A stretch of 64,000 nucleotides of DNA, taken from Acidimicrobiales bacterium. Its GTDB lineage: Bacteria; Actinomycetota; Acidimicrobiia; Acidimicrobiales; CAIXPF01. The position numbers and the translations under genes are program-made. The notes under the pieces are model-generated. The model saw nothing but the letters and a program-made list of their open reading frames with translations, was not told the DNA's origin and did not search any database. The stretch spans positions 6,888-70,887 of the forward strand of contig JBJXFH010000153.1 of the NCBI GenBank assembly GCA_046155365.1, read 5' to 3'. Of the stretch, positions 20,071-28,955 are shown in pieces; within the stretch, counting starts at the first letter, position 1, and each line of letters opens with the position of its first letter.

Positions 20071-21789
20071 TCAGGCCTGGGGCAGGCGAGGACCCCCCAC
20101 CCGCACATCTCCCCGACGTCGGGTAACCCCGCGCCCATCGAGCAGCGCCAGCAACGGCAGGGCGTGCTTGCGCGAACAACCCAGCCGATCCCGCACCTCA
20201 GCCACGGTGACCCCCTCGGGCTGGGCGCCCAACAGTTCCGCCAGCACCACAGCCGCCCGATCCAGCGCGCCGGCGGAGAAATAGATCCCCTCGTGCTGCA
20301 CCACCAACCCTCGTCGGGCCAACTCCCGTAGCTCCGCCCGATCAACCCCATCGGGCGGAGGTGGTGCAAAGGGGTCCGCGTCGAGCGCGGCCACAAACGG
20401 ATGGTCCGCCAGCGGGTCAATCGCCGCCGCCGCCGTGGCCCTTCCGGCGTCCACCTTGACCTCTTCCAAGGTGGACAGCGCCGCCCGTTGGCGCTCATCG
20501 AGGGAGCCCACGTCGAGCCCCAACGGACCGGCTCCGGCCACCAGTTCGGCCACCGATCGGCGCAGTGTCTCCAACCGGTCCGGATCCACCACCCAGGCCC
20601 CGAGGGTGGCGGCGCGGCGTTCCCCGGTGAGCCGTTCCAGCTCCTCGGGTTCCACGAAACCCCGCTCCTGGATGACCCGATCCACGGAGCGGTCCGGCCG
20701 GGCCTTGGACGCCGGCAGCACCGGGGCCACGTCCAGCACCTCACCCCCGCCCACCGTTTCCTTGCGGCCCGATTCCCGCAGCACGAAGCGGTCCCCGGGC
20801 CGTAACGGCAACGCCGCCGGCAGGTGCAGCCGGGCCAAGCCGCTTTCGCCGGGCCCGATGGCGGCATCGCCCAGCAACCGGAGCTTGACCGGCACCTCCC
20901 CCGAGCCCAGGTACGCCACATAGGCGCCCCGGCGGGACACCTCGTGGTCCAACGATCCCAACACCGACAGTGAGGTGTCGATCATGCGGGTGCGGTGCCA
21001 CTGACCCGGGCTGACCAGTACATCTCCCCGGGCCACGTCTCCGTGGTTGACACCCACCACGTTCACCGCCAAGCGTGATCCCGGTGGGGCGTTGTCCCGG
21101 ATGTGGTGGTGGCTTTGCAACGCCCGTACCCGCACGGTGACGCCTTGGGGCAGCAACAGCAGCTCGTCGTCTCGGGCCAAGGATCCGCCGGTCAGGGTGC
21201 CGGTCACCACCGTGCCCGATCCCTTGGCGGCGAATGCCCGGTCAATCCACAACCGGGGCCGCCCGCTGTCGGTGGCCGTGGGCGTGGCCGCCACCAGCCG
21301 ATCAATTGCCGCCCGCAGCTCGGCCACCCCGGCGCCGGTGGGCACATCCACCGCCACCACCTCGGCCCCGGCCAGGAACGTGCCCTCCAGGTGCTCGGCC
21401 ACGTCCAGCTGCGCTAGCTCCACCAGGTCGGCGTCGCACAGCCCAACCTTGGTCAGCGCCACCATGCCGTGTCCCAAACCCAGCAGTTCCAAGATCCGCA
21501 GATGCTCCTCGGACTGCGGCTTCCAGCCCTCGGTGGCGGCCACCACGAACAGGCAGGCATCCACGGCACCCACCCCGGCCAGCATGTTCTTGATGAAGCG
21601 GACATGGCCCGGCACGTCCACGAAGGCCACCTCCCGACCGGAGTCCAACGTGGCCGCGCCGAACCCCAGATCGATGGTCATGCCCCGCTGTTTCTCCTCC
21701 GCCCAGCGGTCAGGGTCCACACCGGTCAGCGCCCGGACCAGGGTCGACTTGCCGTGGTCGACGTGGCCTGCGGTGGCGATGACGTGCAT
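20071..21789 (-). CDS. selB: selenocysteine-specific elongation factor
   Basis: MHVIATAGHVDHGKSTLVRALTG...; EF-Tu-like domains plus a C-terminal winged-helix extension; directly downstream of selA. Confidence 0.9.
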   Translation of the reverse strand: MHVIATAGHVDHGKSTLVRALTGVDPDRWAEEKQRGMTIDLGFGAATLDSGREVAFVDVPGHVRFIKNMLAGVGAVDACLFVVAATEGWKPQSEEHLRILELLGLGHGMVALTKVGLCDADLVELAQLDVAEHLEGTFLAGAEVVAVDVPTGAGVAELRAAIDRLVAATPTATDSGRPRLWIDRAFAAKGSGTVVTGTLTGGSLARDDELLLLPQGVTVRVRALQSHHHIRDNAPPGSRLAVNVVGVNHGDVARGDVLVSPGQWHRTRMIDTSLSVLGSLDHEVSRRGAYVAYLGSGEVPVKLRLLGDAAIGPGESGLARLHLPAALPLRPGDRFVLRESGRKETVGGGEVLDVAPVLPASKARPDRSVDRVIQERGFVEPEELERLTGERRAATLGAWVVDPDRLETLRRSVAELVAGAGPLGLDVGSLDERQRAALSTLEEVKVDAGRATAAAAIDPLADHPFVAALDADPFAPPPPDGVDRAELRELARRGLVVQHEGIYFSAGALDRAAVVLAELLGAQPEGVTVAEVRDRLGCSRKHALPLLALLDGRGVTRRRGDVRVGGPRLPQA

Positions 21790-21809
21790 CAGGACTCCGC
21801 CGGCGCCGA

Positions 21810-23276
21810 TCAGACCAACCCGGCCAGGGCCCCGGCAAGGGTCCGGTCCTGGGTCGGGTCAACGGTTCGCAGGTCAATCAGGGTGCGATCGTCCTCCACC
21901 CGGGCGATGATCGGCGGTTGGTGGTTGCGCAGCTCGGCTCGGCGGTCCCCGGGGATGGTGACCCCGAAGGAGGCAATGGTGACCTCTGGCAAGGTGCCAC
22001 CGCCGGGCACCGAACGCAGGGCTATCGGCTCGCCGTGGCCCAGCGCCGCTGCCCGTTGGGCCAATACCGGGACCGGAGTGGTGGCCATGCGCCAGAACGG
22101 GATGGCGTCACCATCACGTCGGAGGTAGCACAAGGCGAGCTCCTGCAGGGCGCTCAGCACCAGGGAGCCGCACCGGACCGCCCGGGCCAGCGGATGGCGG
22201 GCGATGGTGGCCACCAGATCCCCCCGTCCGGCGATGATCCCCGCCTGAGGCCCTCCCAGCAGCTTGTCGCCTGAGAATAAGACCAGGTCAGCGCCCTGTT
22301 CGAGGGTTTGGCGGGCGGCAGGTTCCTGCGCCAGCCAGGCCGGCGGCCCACCCGCCAGCCACGGGCACCCGGCATCGAGCAGTCCTGATCCGATGTCGGC
22401 CACGATCGGCGGTCCCAACCCCACCAGCTCGTTGACCTCCACCGATTCGGTGAAGCCCACGATCTTGTAGTTGGACTGGTGAACCTTCAGCAGCAGCGCC
22501 ACCCGCCCGTCGCGCTCGGCCACGGCCCGGGCGTAATCGGCCCGGCGGGTGCGGTTGGTGGTGCCCACCTCCACCAGTTCCGTCCCGGAGGCGGCCATCA
22601 CCTCGGGAACCCGGAACCCGCCACCGATCTCCACCAGCTCCCCGCGGGAGGTGACCGCCGCCCGGCCCGGTCCGGCCAGCGCCGCCAAGGTCAGCAGCAC
22701 CGCGGCGGCATTGTTGTTCACCACCAGCGCCGCCTCGGCACCGCAGGCTCGGGCCAGCAGCCCGCCGGCGTGATCATCGCGTCGGCCCCGGTCACCGTGG
22801 TCCAGGCGGAACTCCACGTTGGAGTAACCGGCCTCTTGGTGATGGGCGAAAGGGGCCCGGCCGAGATTGGTATGCAGCAGCACCCCGGTGGCGTTGATCA
22901 CCGGTTGCAACAGCTGGCGGGTCTGTTGTCGGGCCAACTCGTGGGCCCGGGCCGCGATGAACTCCGCGTCGGGCATGGGACTGCCGTTGCGGGCCTGTTC
23001 GCGGGCTTCGGCAATCGCTCGTCGGGCCACGTCGACCAACAGAGGGTCGGGCAGGTCCCAGCGGCGAAGGGCCCGAGCCAACACGTCGACCGAAGGTGGG
23101 TGGGCCACCGCGGCGAATGTAGCGGTTGGCGACGACGGTGGCGTCAGGTCACGAACCGTCGGCGGTCGGCGTTGGCATTGGGGAGTACCGCGAGCTGGCG
23201 TCCCCGCGTGTGGGCGGTGACCGGTAGTGTCGACACATGTTCGGGCTGTTGGCCCTTTTGATGTTGGTGGTCCCAA
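21810..23276 (-). CDS. selA: L-seryl-tRNA(Sec) selenium transferase
   Basis: ...NATGVLLHTNLGRAP...; PLP-Lys region ...LVLFSGDKLLGGPQAGII.... The start (TTG 23276) is uncertain and would overlap fxsA. Confidence 0.85.
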   Translation of the reverse strand: MGPPTSKGPTARTCVDTTGHRPHAGTPARGTPQCQRRPPTVRDLTPPSSPTATFAAVAHPPSVDVLARALRRWDLPDPLLVDVARRAIAEAREQARNGSPMPDAEFIAARAHELARQQTRQLLQPVINATGVLLHTNLGRAPFAHHQEAGYSNVEFRLDHGDRGRRDDHAGGLLARACGAEAALVVNNNAAAVLLTLAALAGPGRAAVTSRGELVEIGGGFRVPEVMAASGTELVEVGTTNRTRRADYARAVAERDGRVALLLKVHQSNYKIVGFTESVEVNELVGLGPPIVADIGSGLLDAGCPWLAGGPPAWLAQEPAARQTLEQGADLVLFSGDKLLGGPQAGIIAGRGDLVATIARHPLARAVRCGSLVLSALQELALCYLRRDGDAIPFWRMATTPVPVLAQRAAALGHGEPIALRSVPGGGTLPEVTIASFGVTIPGDRRAELRNHQPPIIARVEDDRTLIDLRTVDPTQDRTLAGALAGLV

Positions 23277-23791
23277 TCCTGGAGCTGTACGTGATCGTGC
23301 AGGTGGCGCAGGGTGTGGGGGTGCTGCCCACGGTGGCCGGTGTCATCGCGGTGTCCACCGTGGGGGCGTGGTTGTGCAAGCGCGAGGGCACTGGTCTGTT
23401 CCGCAAGGTCCAGCGCCAACTCAACGCCGGCGAGCTGCCCACCGACACCGTGGTTGACGGGTTCCTGGTGCTTTTCGCCGGGGCGCTGTTGCTCACCCCC
23501 GGCTTTCTGACTGACGTGGTGGGTTTGGCGTTGCTGCTGGCGCCGATACGGGCGGTGGTGCGCCGGGTGGTGCTGGCCCGCTTCACCCGGGTCGCCCGCC
23601 GCCGTGCCACCGACGCCGTTCGTCGTCAGGCCCGGGTGGTGACCTTCGGCTTCGGGGACGTTTCCCGGGAGCCATCGGCCAACCCCACCTGGACGGGACC
23701 GGTGATCGATGTCGGGGAGGTCACCCACCGTCGGAGGCCCGCAGCAGACAGCCCCGGCCCCGACGAGGAGGGTCGGGGCCAGGGACGCTAG
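23237..23791 (+). CDS. fxsA: FxsA family membrane protein
   Basis: MFGLLALLMLVVPILELYVIVQVA...LLLTPGFLTDVVGLALLLAP..., typical FxsA. Confidence 0.8.
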   Translation: MFGLLALLMLVVPILELYVIVQVAQGVGVLPTVAGVIAVSTVGAWLCKREGTGLFRKVQRQLNAGELPTDTVVDGFLVLFAGALLLTPGFLTDVVGLALLLAPIRAVVRRVVLARFTRVARRRATDAVRRQARVVTFGFGDVSREPSANPTWTGPVIDVGEVTHRRRPAADSPGPDEEGRGQGR

Positions 23792-23832
23792 CCAGGCCTG
23801 GAGCACCGCCAGGACGGCCCGGGCGGCGTTGG

Positions 23833-25065
23833 TCAGCTGGGACCGAAGGCGGCAGCCATGGCATCCACCAGCCGCGCGGAACAGCCGGTGACATCCACCG
23901 GTGGTACGGCTTCGGTGACCACCACCTCCGCCAACTCAGCGAAGGCGTCGGCCATCGGTCCCGAGCCCAACGCCACCGGCTCGCCGCAGTCGCCGCCGGC
24001 CGCCACCGAGGCGTCTATGGGCAGCGTCGCCAGCAGCGGCACGCCAATCTCCTGGGCCAGCGCCGCCCCGCCGCCCTCTCCGAACAGTGCGTAACGCTGC
24101 CCGTCGGGGGCCACGAAGGCGCTCATGTTCTCAATCACCCCGGCCACCCGGAGGTAGCTCTTACGGGCCATGGTCGCCGCCCGTGCCGCCACTTTCTGCG
24201 CCGCCAGCGCCGGGGTGGTGACCACGATGAGCTCGGTTCGCGGCAACATCCGGGCCAGCCCCATCTGCACGTCACCGGTCCCGGGCGGCAGGTCGATCAA
24301 CAAGTAGTCCAGCGGACCCCATTGCACGTCCTCGAGGAAGTGCTGCACCGCTCGGTTCAACATCAGGCCCCGCCACATGAGGGCATCGGTCTCGTCCTCG
24401 GTGAGCAGCCCCATCGACACCACCTCGATGACCCCGGGCTCCGGAACCGGGTTCGTGGGCGACGCCCCGGCGGCCCGGCCCGGCCGGATGGGCACCGTGC
24501 GCAGGTTCGGCAGCATCTTCTTCTCACCGCGCAGCGCCTGAAGCCGCCCATCCACCCCCAACATGCGAGGAACCGAGAAACCCCAGATATCGGCGTCCAG
24601 GACCCCGATTCGCAGACCTCGCTGGGCCAACGCCACCGCCAAGTTGACCGTGACGGAGGATTTGCCCACGCCGCCCTTACCTGACGCGATGCCGATGACC
24701 CTGGTGGTGGCCGGAATCGCGGTTTCCGGGGCGTTCTCCCGAGCGTTCCAGCGGGCCTTGCCCATGGCCGTGGTCCGTTCCTCGGGTGTCATCTCGCCCC
24801 AGGTCAGGCTTACCCCACTGACGCCGGGCGTGGTCCCCACCCGATTCTTGATGTCCTTTTGGATCTGGGCCCGAAGTGGGCAACCGGCGGTGGTCAACGC
24901 CACGGTGATGGCCACCTCGCCGGATGTGGACACCTCAACATGGCGGATCATGCCCAACTCCACCACGTCGGCTCCCAACTCCGGATCCACCACGCCGCGC
25001 AGCAACCCGAGCACGTACTCAGTGGTGGGCGGGTCGTGCCGGGAGGGCTGGTCGGAGGAGGTCAC
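23833..25065 (-). CDS. Mrp/ApbC/NBP35-type Fe-S cluster carrier ATPase with N-terminal DUF59
   Basis: DUF59-like N-terminus (…GADVVELGMIRHVEV…); deviant Walker A ASGKGGVGKSSVTVNLA. Confidence 0.9.
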   Translation of the reverse strand: MTSSDQPSRHDPPTTEYVLGLLRGVVDPELGADVVELGMIRHVEVSTSGEVAITVALTTAGCPLRAQIQKDIKNRVGTTPGVSGVSLTWGEMTPEERTTAMGKARWNARENAPETAIPATTRVIGIASGKGGVGKSSVTVNLAVALAQRGLRIGVLDADIWGFSVPRMLGVDGRLQALRGEKKMLPNLRTVPIRPGRAAGASPTNPVPEPGVIEVVSMGLLTEDETDALMWRGLMLNRAVQHFLEDVQWGPLDYLLIDLPPGTGDVQMGLARMLPRTELIVVTTPALAAQKVAARAATMARKSYLRVAGVIENMSAFVAPDGQRYALFGEGGGAALAQEIGVPLLATLPIDASVAAGGDCGEPVALGSGPMADAFAELAEVVVTEAVPPVDVTGCSARLVDAMAAAFGPS

Positions 25066-25095
25066 GGTCTGATTGTAACGGCCTCAACCGGGTTA

Positions 25096-25854
25096 ATGCT
25101 TGGAAGGGTGTACGCTCAGGGGGTGGATCAGCAGCGGGAAGACCATCCGCGGGAGCCCCGGCTCGAGCTGTTCAAGGTGCTGGGCGACAACACCCGTTAC
25201 GCCATCTACCTGGAGCTGGCCCGCTCGCCCCGGCCACTGGCCACCGCCGAGATCGCCGCCACGCTGGGCCTGCACGCCAACACCGTTCGACCGCAGTTGG
25301 AGAAAATGCGCGAGGTCGGCCTGCTGGACGTTGAGGTGGACGGGCGCGGTGGCGTCGGTCGACCCCAGCACCGCTACGCCCTGGCCGCGGACGCCCCGTC
25401 GTTGGGCTTGGAGCCGGCGCTGTTTCCCCTGGCCACCAAGGTGCTGTTGCGGGTGGCGGCCGCTGCTGGTCTGGGGGCCGCTGAAGCCATCGACGCGGCT
25501 CGGGAGCTGGCGCTGAGCCAACCCGACCACAGCGCCGCAGCCCGAACATCCCGCTCCTGCGTGGACCAGGTAAGCCACCAACTGGCCGAACTGGGCTTCG
25601 ACCCCGCCATCGTGAGCACCGTGCCCGGCGCCGTAACCAGCAGCGGATCCACCGCCACCGAGGTCACGCTGATGTTCGGGCACTGTCCGTTCCGGGAGTT
25701 GGCCGAAGCCAACCCGGCGCTGATCTGTGGGCTACATCAGGGTCTGGTGGAAGCCATGGTGGTCGGCTCGCGCAGCGGGGCCGGTAGCCGATTTCGGTCG
25801 TTGATCGATCGTGATCCCTGCCAGGTTGACCTCCTGCTGGATCCCGCCGTATGA
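25096..25854 (+). CDS. ArsR/SufR-like HTH regulator with Cys-containing C-terminal domain
   Basis: wHTH ...FKVLGDNTRYAIYLELARSPRPLATAEIAATLGLHANTVRPQLEKM...; C-terminal ...FGHCPFRELAEANPALICGLH.... Divergent from mrp. Confidence 0.7.
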   Translation: MLGRVYAQGVDQQREDHPREPRLELFKVLGDNTRYAIYLELARSPRPLATAEIAATLGLHANTVRPQLEKMREVGLLDVEVDGRGGVGRPQHRYALAADAPSLGLEPALFPLATKVLLRVAAAAGLGAAEAIDAARELALSQPDHSAAARTSRSCVDQVSHQLAELGFDPAIVSTVPGAVTSSGSTATEVTLMFGHCPFRELAEANPALICGLHQGLVEAMVVGSRSGAGSRFRSLIDRDPCQVDLLLDPAV

Positions 25855-25966
25855 CATCCGTTCCGTCCGTGGAGCCCCGGCCCGCGGCGCTCCGGTCGAC
25901 AGGTTCGCTAGAATCGTCCGAGTTCAGCTGTTTCGCTGCCCCAACGGGCTCCAGGAGGCACTCACC

Positions 25967-26287
25967 GTGATCACGCTCACCGACACCGCAACCAAAAAGG
26001 TGAAGGAGCTCATCGACGCCGAGGGTGCCGACGGCTTGGCGCTGCGGGTGGAAGTCCGTCCCGGCGGATGCTCCGGTTTCGCTTACGAGATGTACTTCGA
26101 CACCGACATCGCCGCGGATGACCTGGCTGAGGAGTTCGGGGATATCCGGGTTGTGGTGGATCCCACCTCGGCCCAGCTGCTCAGCGGCGCCACCCTCGAT
26201 TACAAGGACGGCCTGAACCAGACCGGGTTCTCCATCAACAACCCCAACGCCACCCGGACCTGCGGCTGCGGTCAGAGCTTCAGCTGA
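25967..26287 (+). CDS. erpA: HesB/IscA/ErpA-type Fe-S cluster insertion protein
   Basis: AGGAGG SD then GTG 25967; ...RPGGCSGFAYEM...TRTCGCGQSFS C-terminus. Confidence 0.85.
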   Translation: MITLTDTATKKVKELIDAEGADGLALRVEVRPGGCSGFAYEMYFDTDIAADDLAEEFGDIRVVVDPTSAQLLSGATLDYKDGLNQTGFSINNPNATRTCGCGQSFS

Positions 26288-26312
26288 ACCGGCCGGCCCC
26301 GGCGGCCAGCCG

Positions 26313-27959
26313 GTGAGCGTGCAGCTGAGGGTCAACGGGGAACTGGTTTCCGCTGATCCAGCCCATACCACGCTGCTAGAACTGCTGCGCGAGCAGCTGC
26401 GTATCCACTCCGTGAAAGACGGTTGCGCGCCTCAGGGTCAGTGTGGCTGTTGCACCGTGCTGGTGGACGGCCAACCACGAATCTCCTGCGTGACCCCCTT
26501 ACGGCGCATCGCCGGCAGGGAGGTCACCACCCTCGAGGGTCTCCCTTCCGGGGTCCAAGCCACCTGGTCGCAGGCGTTTTCGGACTGTGGTGCCAGCCAG
26601 TGCGGATTTTGCAGTCCGGCCATCGTGGTGCGGCTGGTAGCTGAGGCGGCCAAGCCCGACCCCCGGCCCGATCAGGCCCTTTTGGCCCACGTGTGCCGCT
26701 GCACCGGCTGGTTGCCCATTCTCGCCGCCTTCCAACAGGCCACCGAGACACCCGTCAAGCTCCCCCCATCCCAGGACCCGAACCCGGATTCGAGCCCGCA
26801 CCGGCCCCAGGACCCGCTGACGGGTGCCGCGGCCAGAGCCGCACTGGAATCCCACGGCCCGCAGCTGGTCGGTCCAACGGTGGTGTTGGGCCGCGGTGGC
26901 TTCGCTGAGGATCTCGCTCCAGCCGATGCGCTGGTGGCGGTACCGGACGGGCGCGGCGGTTGGGCTGTGGGCGAGTCGCTGGCGGAGGCCCTCGGAACCG
27001 CAGGAAAAGTGCAGGGTCGCCGCAGCACCGTGGAAGCCGGACTTCCCCTGCCGCTGCCGGAGGGCTCATGGGACCGCACCCTGCAGACCAGTTGGGTTGA
27101 TGCGGCCTATCTCGAAACGGACGCCTCATGGTGCCGGCCCGGGGAAGAACCAGCGGATCCGGCCGGGAACGGCGGGGATTTCGGTGCCAAAGCCAACTCC
27201 CCAGTGGCCCGTGCGGCTCACGAACTGGCCAACCGCCACGGTCGGGCGGTGAGGGTCCGCTTTAGCCGGGAAGACGCCATCCGGCTCGGTGCCAAACGTC
27301 CGCCCCTGGCCGCCGGGATCGATCTGTCCGCCCGTCGCCTGGTCATCCATGTGGCCCGCACTCCCGGTGTGGCGGCGGCGCTGCGGGCCGGCTTGGGCTC
27401 CGATCATGGCTTCGAGGTGGCCATCCACGAGGTGGACGTGGCAGGTCCGCCCACCTCTCTTGCGCCGCGCTGCGCCGGTTGGGCTGAAGGGGTGGTGTTG
27501 CGCAGCGCCCTCACCGGAGATCTGGAACGGGTGCATCAGCCTGACGGGGGGTGGGCCAGCGCCCGGGTGGTGACCGGCGAAAATGGTCGGGCGATGATCG
27601 ACGCCGAGGTGGGCGCCGGCGACGTGCTGGCCGAGGCGGTGCTGCGCTCCTATTGCACCGGGGCCGTCCACATGGCGCTGTCCTGGGTGACCTCCGAGCG
27701 GGTCAATGTGGGGCCCGACGGTGAGCCGCTGGACCTCACCCTGCGCAGCCTCGGGGTGCTGCGGGCCATGGACATGCCGGCGGTTCGCATCGGACTCGAT
27801 GCATCGGCGAACGGGCCGGCGGTGGCGGTGTCCGACGCGTTGTTCGCCGCTACCGCCGCTGCGGTGTGGGCCCATCAGGACCGGCCGCCGCAGTGGCCCA
27901 CCCGCCAACCCCTCACCCCTGGCCCTGTCGCCCCTCAACGCAGCGAATACCGGCGTTGA
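26313..27959 (+). CDS. fused [2Fe-2S]-binding domain + shortened xanthine-dehydrogenase/aldehyde-oxidase-like domain
   Basis: N-terminus is CoxS-like (CAPQGQCGCCTV...CGASQCGFCSP...CRCTGW). The rest has only fragments of the Moco-subunit pattern (…NGGDFGAKAN…GRAVRVRFSREDAI…; …SYCTGAVHMALSWV…). Confidence 0.65.
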   Translation: MSVQLRVNGELVSADPAHTTLLELLREQLRIHSVKDGCAPQGQCGCCTVLVDGQPRISCVTPLRRIAGREVTTLEGLPSGVQATWSQAFSDCGASQCGFCSPAIVVRLVAEAAKPDPRPDQALLAHVCRCTGWLPILAAFQQATETPVKLPPSQDPNPDSSPHRPQDPLTGAAARAALESHGPQLVGPTVVLGRGGFAEDLAPADALVAVPDGRGGWAVGESLAEALGTAGKVQGRRSTVEAGLPLPLPEGSWDRTLQTSWVDAAYLETDASWCRPGEEPADPAGNGGDFGAKANSPVARAAHELANRHGRAVRVRFSREDAIRLGAKRPPLAAGIDLSARRLVIHVARTPGVAAALRAGLGSDHGFEVAIHEVDVAGPPTSLAPRCAGWAEGVVLRSALTGDLERVHQPDGGWASARVVTGENGRAMIDAEVGAGDVLAEAVLRSYCTGAVHMALSWVTSERVNVGPDGEPLDLTLRSLGVLRAMDMPAVRIGLDASANGPAVAVSDALFAATAAAVWAHQDRPPQWPTRQPLTPGPVAPQRSEYRR

Positions 27960-27974
27960 CCTGCCCGTTCTAGG

Positions 27975-28009
27975 GGCGAATCGACATAGATTCGACCCTA
28001 CGGGCGGCC
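27975..28009. repeat. 35-bp palindrome-containing dispersed repeat, copy 2
   Basis: ggcgaatcgacatagattcgaccctacgggcggcc; 31/35 identical to 11044-11078, same orientation, also just after a + strand stop codon. Confidence 0.8.
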
Positions 28010-28084
28010 GGAGCACTTTTCGCCCGCCGGACGTGCAGTGGCATCGGAGCTGCTAAAACGGGAACCATGTTGGGTGGGGTAATC

Positions 28085-28225
28085 ATGGCGCTGATCCTGG
28101 TGGTGGTCATGCCGGTGGCCATTCTCATGTCCGGTCCGGTGATCGCCGCGGTCCTGGGCCTCCTACTGAAGGACAACGCAGAGCGCCAGGGCGCTGACAC
28201 CCCGTGGCCCGAACTCAACACCTGA
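28085..28225 (+). CDS. possible 46-aa single-TM peptide
   Basis: MALILVVVMPVAILMSGPVIAAVLGLLLKDNAERQGADTPWPELNT; G/C-rich third positions; ggtgggg upstream. Below the ORF-track cutoff. Confidence 0.35.
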   Translation: MALILVVVMPVAILMSGPVIAAVLGLLLKDNAERQGADTPWPELNT

Positions 28226-28235
28226 GTTGAGCGGG

Positions 28236-28955
28236 TTACATCGACCAGCGGGACTGCCCGAAGCGGTAACCGACTGAACGCACCGTCTGGATCAGGCTGG
28301 CGTGTTCTTCGCCCAGCTTGGCTCGCAATCGTCGAACGTGCACGTCAACGGTACGGGCGCCGCCGTAATACTCGTAACCCCAAACCCGGTTGAGCAGCGT
28401 TTCCCGGGTGAAGACCTTGCCCGGATGTTGCGCCAGGAACCGCAGCAGTTCGTACTCCATGTACGTCAGGTCCAGCGGTCGACGAGCGATGACCGCCTGG
28501 TAGGTCTCCACGTTGAGCACCAGCTCGCCGTACTCCACCAGCTCAGGGCCGTTACTTCGACCGAGGCGCCAGTACTGGTGCTTCAGACGCCATTCCAGTT
28601 CCCGATGGTTGAGCGGCGAGAACAGCACATCGTCGAAAAGGTCCCGGCTTTGTTCCAAGGACGCCAACTGCTCCGAGCGCACCACCAGCAGCAGCGGCTC
28701 CAACGGAAAGTCCCGCTTGCGCAGGACGACCGCCAGCTTGATCGCCCCCTCCAGGGACCGGTCGGTCATGAGGATCGCGCCGCCCCAGCCGTCCTCGGGC
28801 TCGTTGCGCTCGGCCTCTATCTCGTCGCTGACACCGACGTAGCGGAACCCGGCACGATCAAGCCCCTGGGACAGATCTGCAGCGACGGGGAAGGGGTACA
28901 CCAGCAGCGGTTCCACGACCTCCTCACCAGCTCGGCAGGTAACGACGCAACTCAT
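28236..28955 (-). CDS. glnR: GlnR-like OmpR-family orphan response regulator
   Basis: C-terminus ...RPLDLTYMEYELLRFLAQHPGKVFTRETLLNRVWGYEYYGGARTVDVHVRRLRAKLGEEHASLIQTVRSVGYRF closely matches remembered Streptomyces GlnR; atypical receiver; beside the gln genes. Start uncertain (ATG 28955 or GTG 28916). Confidence 0.7.
   Translation of the reverse strand: MSCVVTCRAGEEVVEPLLVYPFPVAADLSQGLDRAGFRYVGVSDEIEAERNEPEDGWGGAILMTDRSLEGAIKLAVVLRKRDFPLEPLLLVVRSEQLASLEQSRDLFDDVLFSPLNHRELEWRLKHQYWRLGRSNGPELVEYGELVLNVETYQAVIARRPLDLTYMEYELLRFLAQHPGKVFTRETLLNRVWGYEYYGGARTVDVHVRRLRAKLGEEHASLIQTVRSVGYRFGQSRWSM

Noticed and set aside
27988-28009. gattcgaccc / ggattcgcccc words in the dispersed repeat resembling tRNA T arms.
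   Set aside because: No cloverleaf can be folded around either copy. They are part of the 8-bp palindrome of the repeat.
27970-28221. 83-aa minus-strand ORF from the track.
   Set aside because: Its composition is non-protein-like. The opposite-strand 46-codon TM ORF (28085-28225) explains the open frame better.
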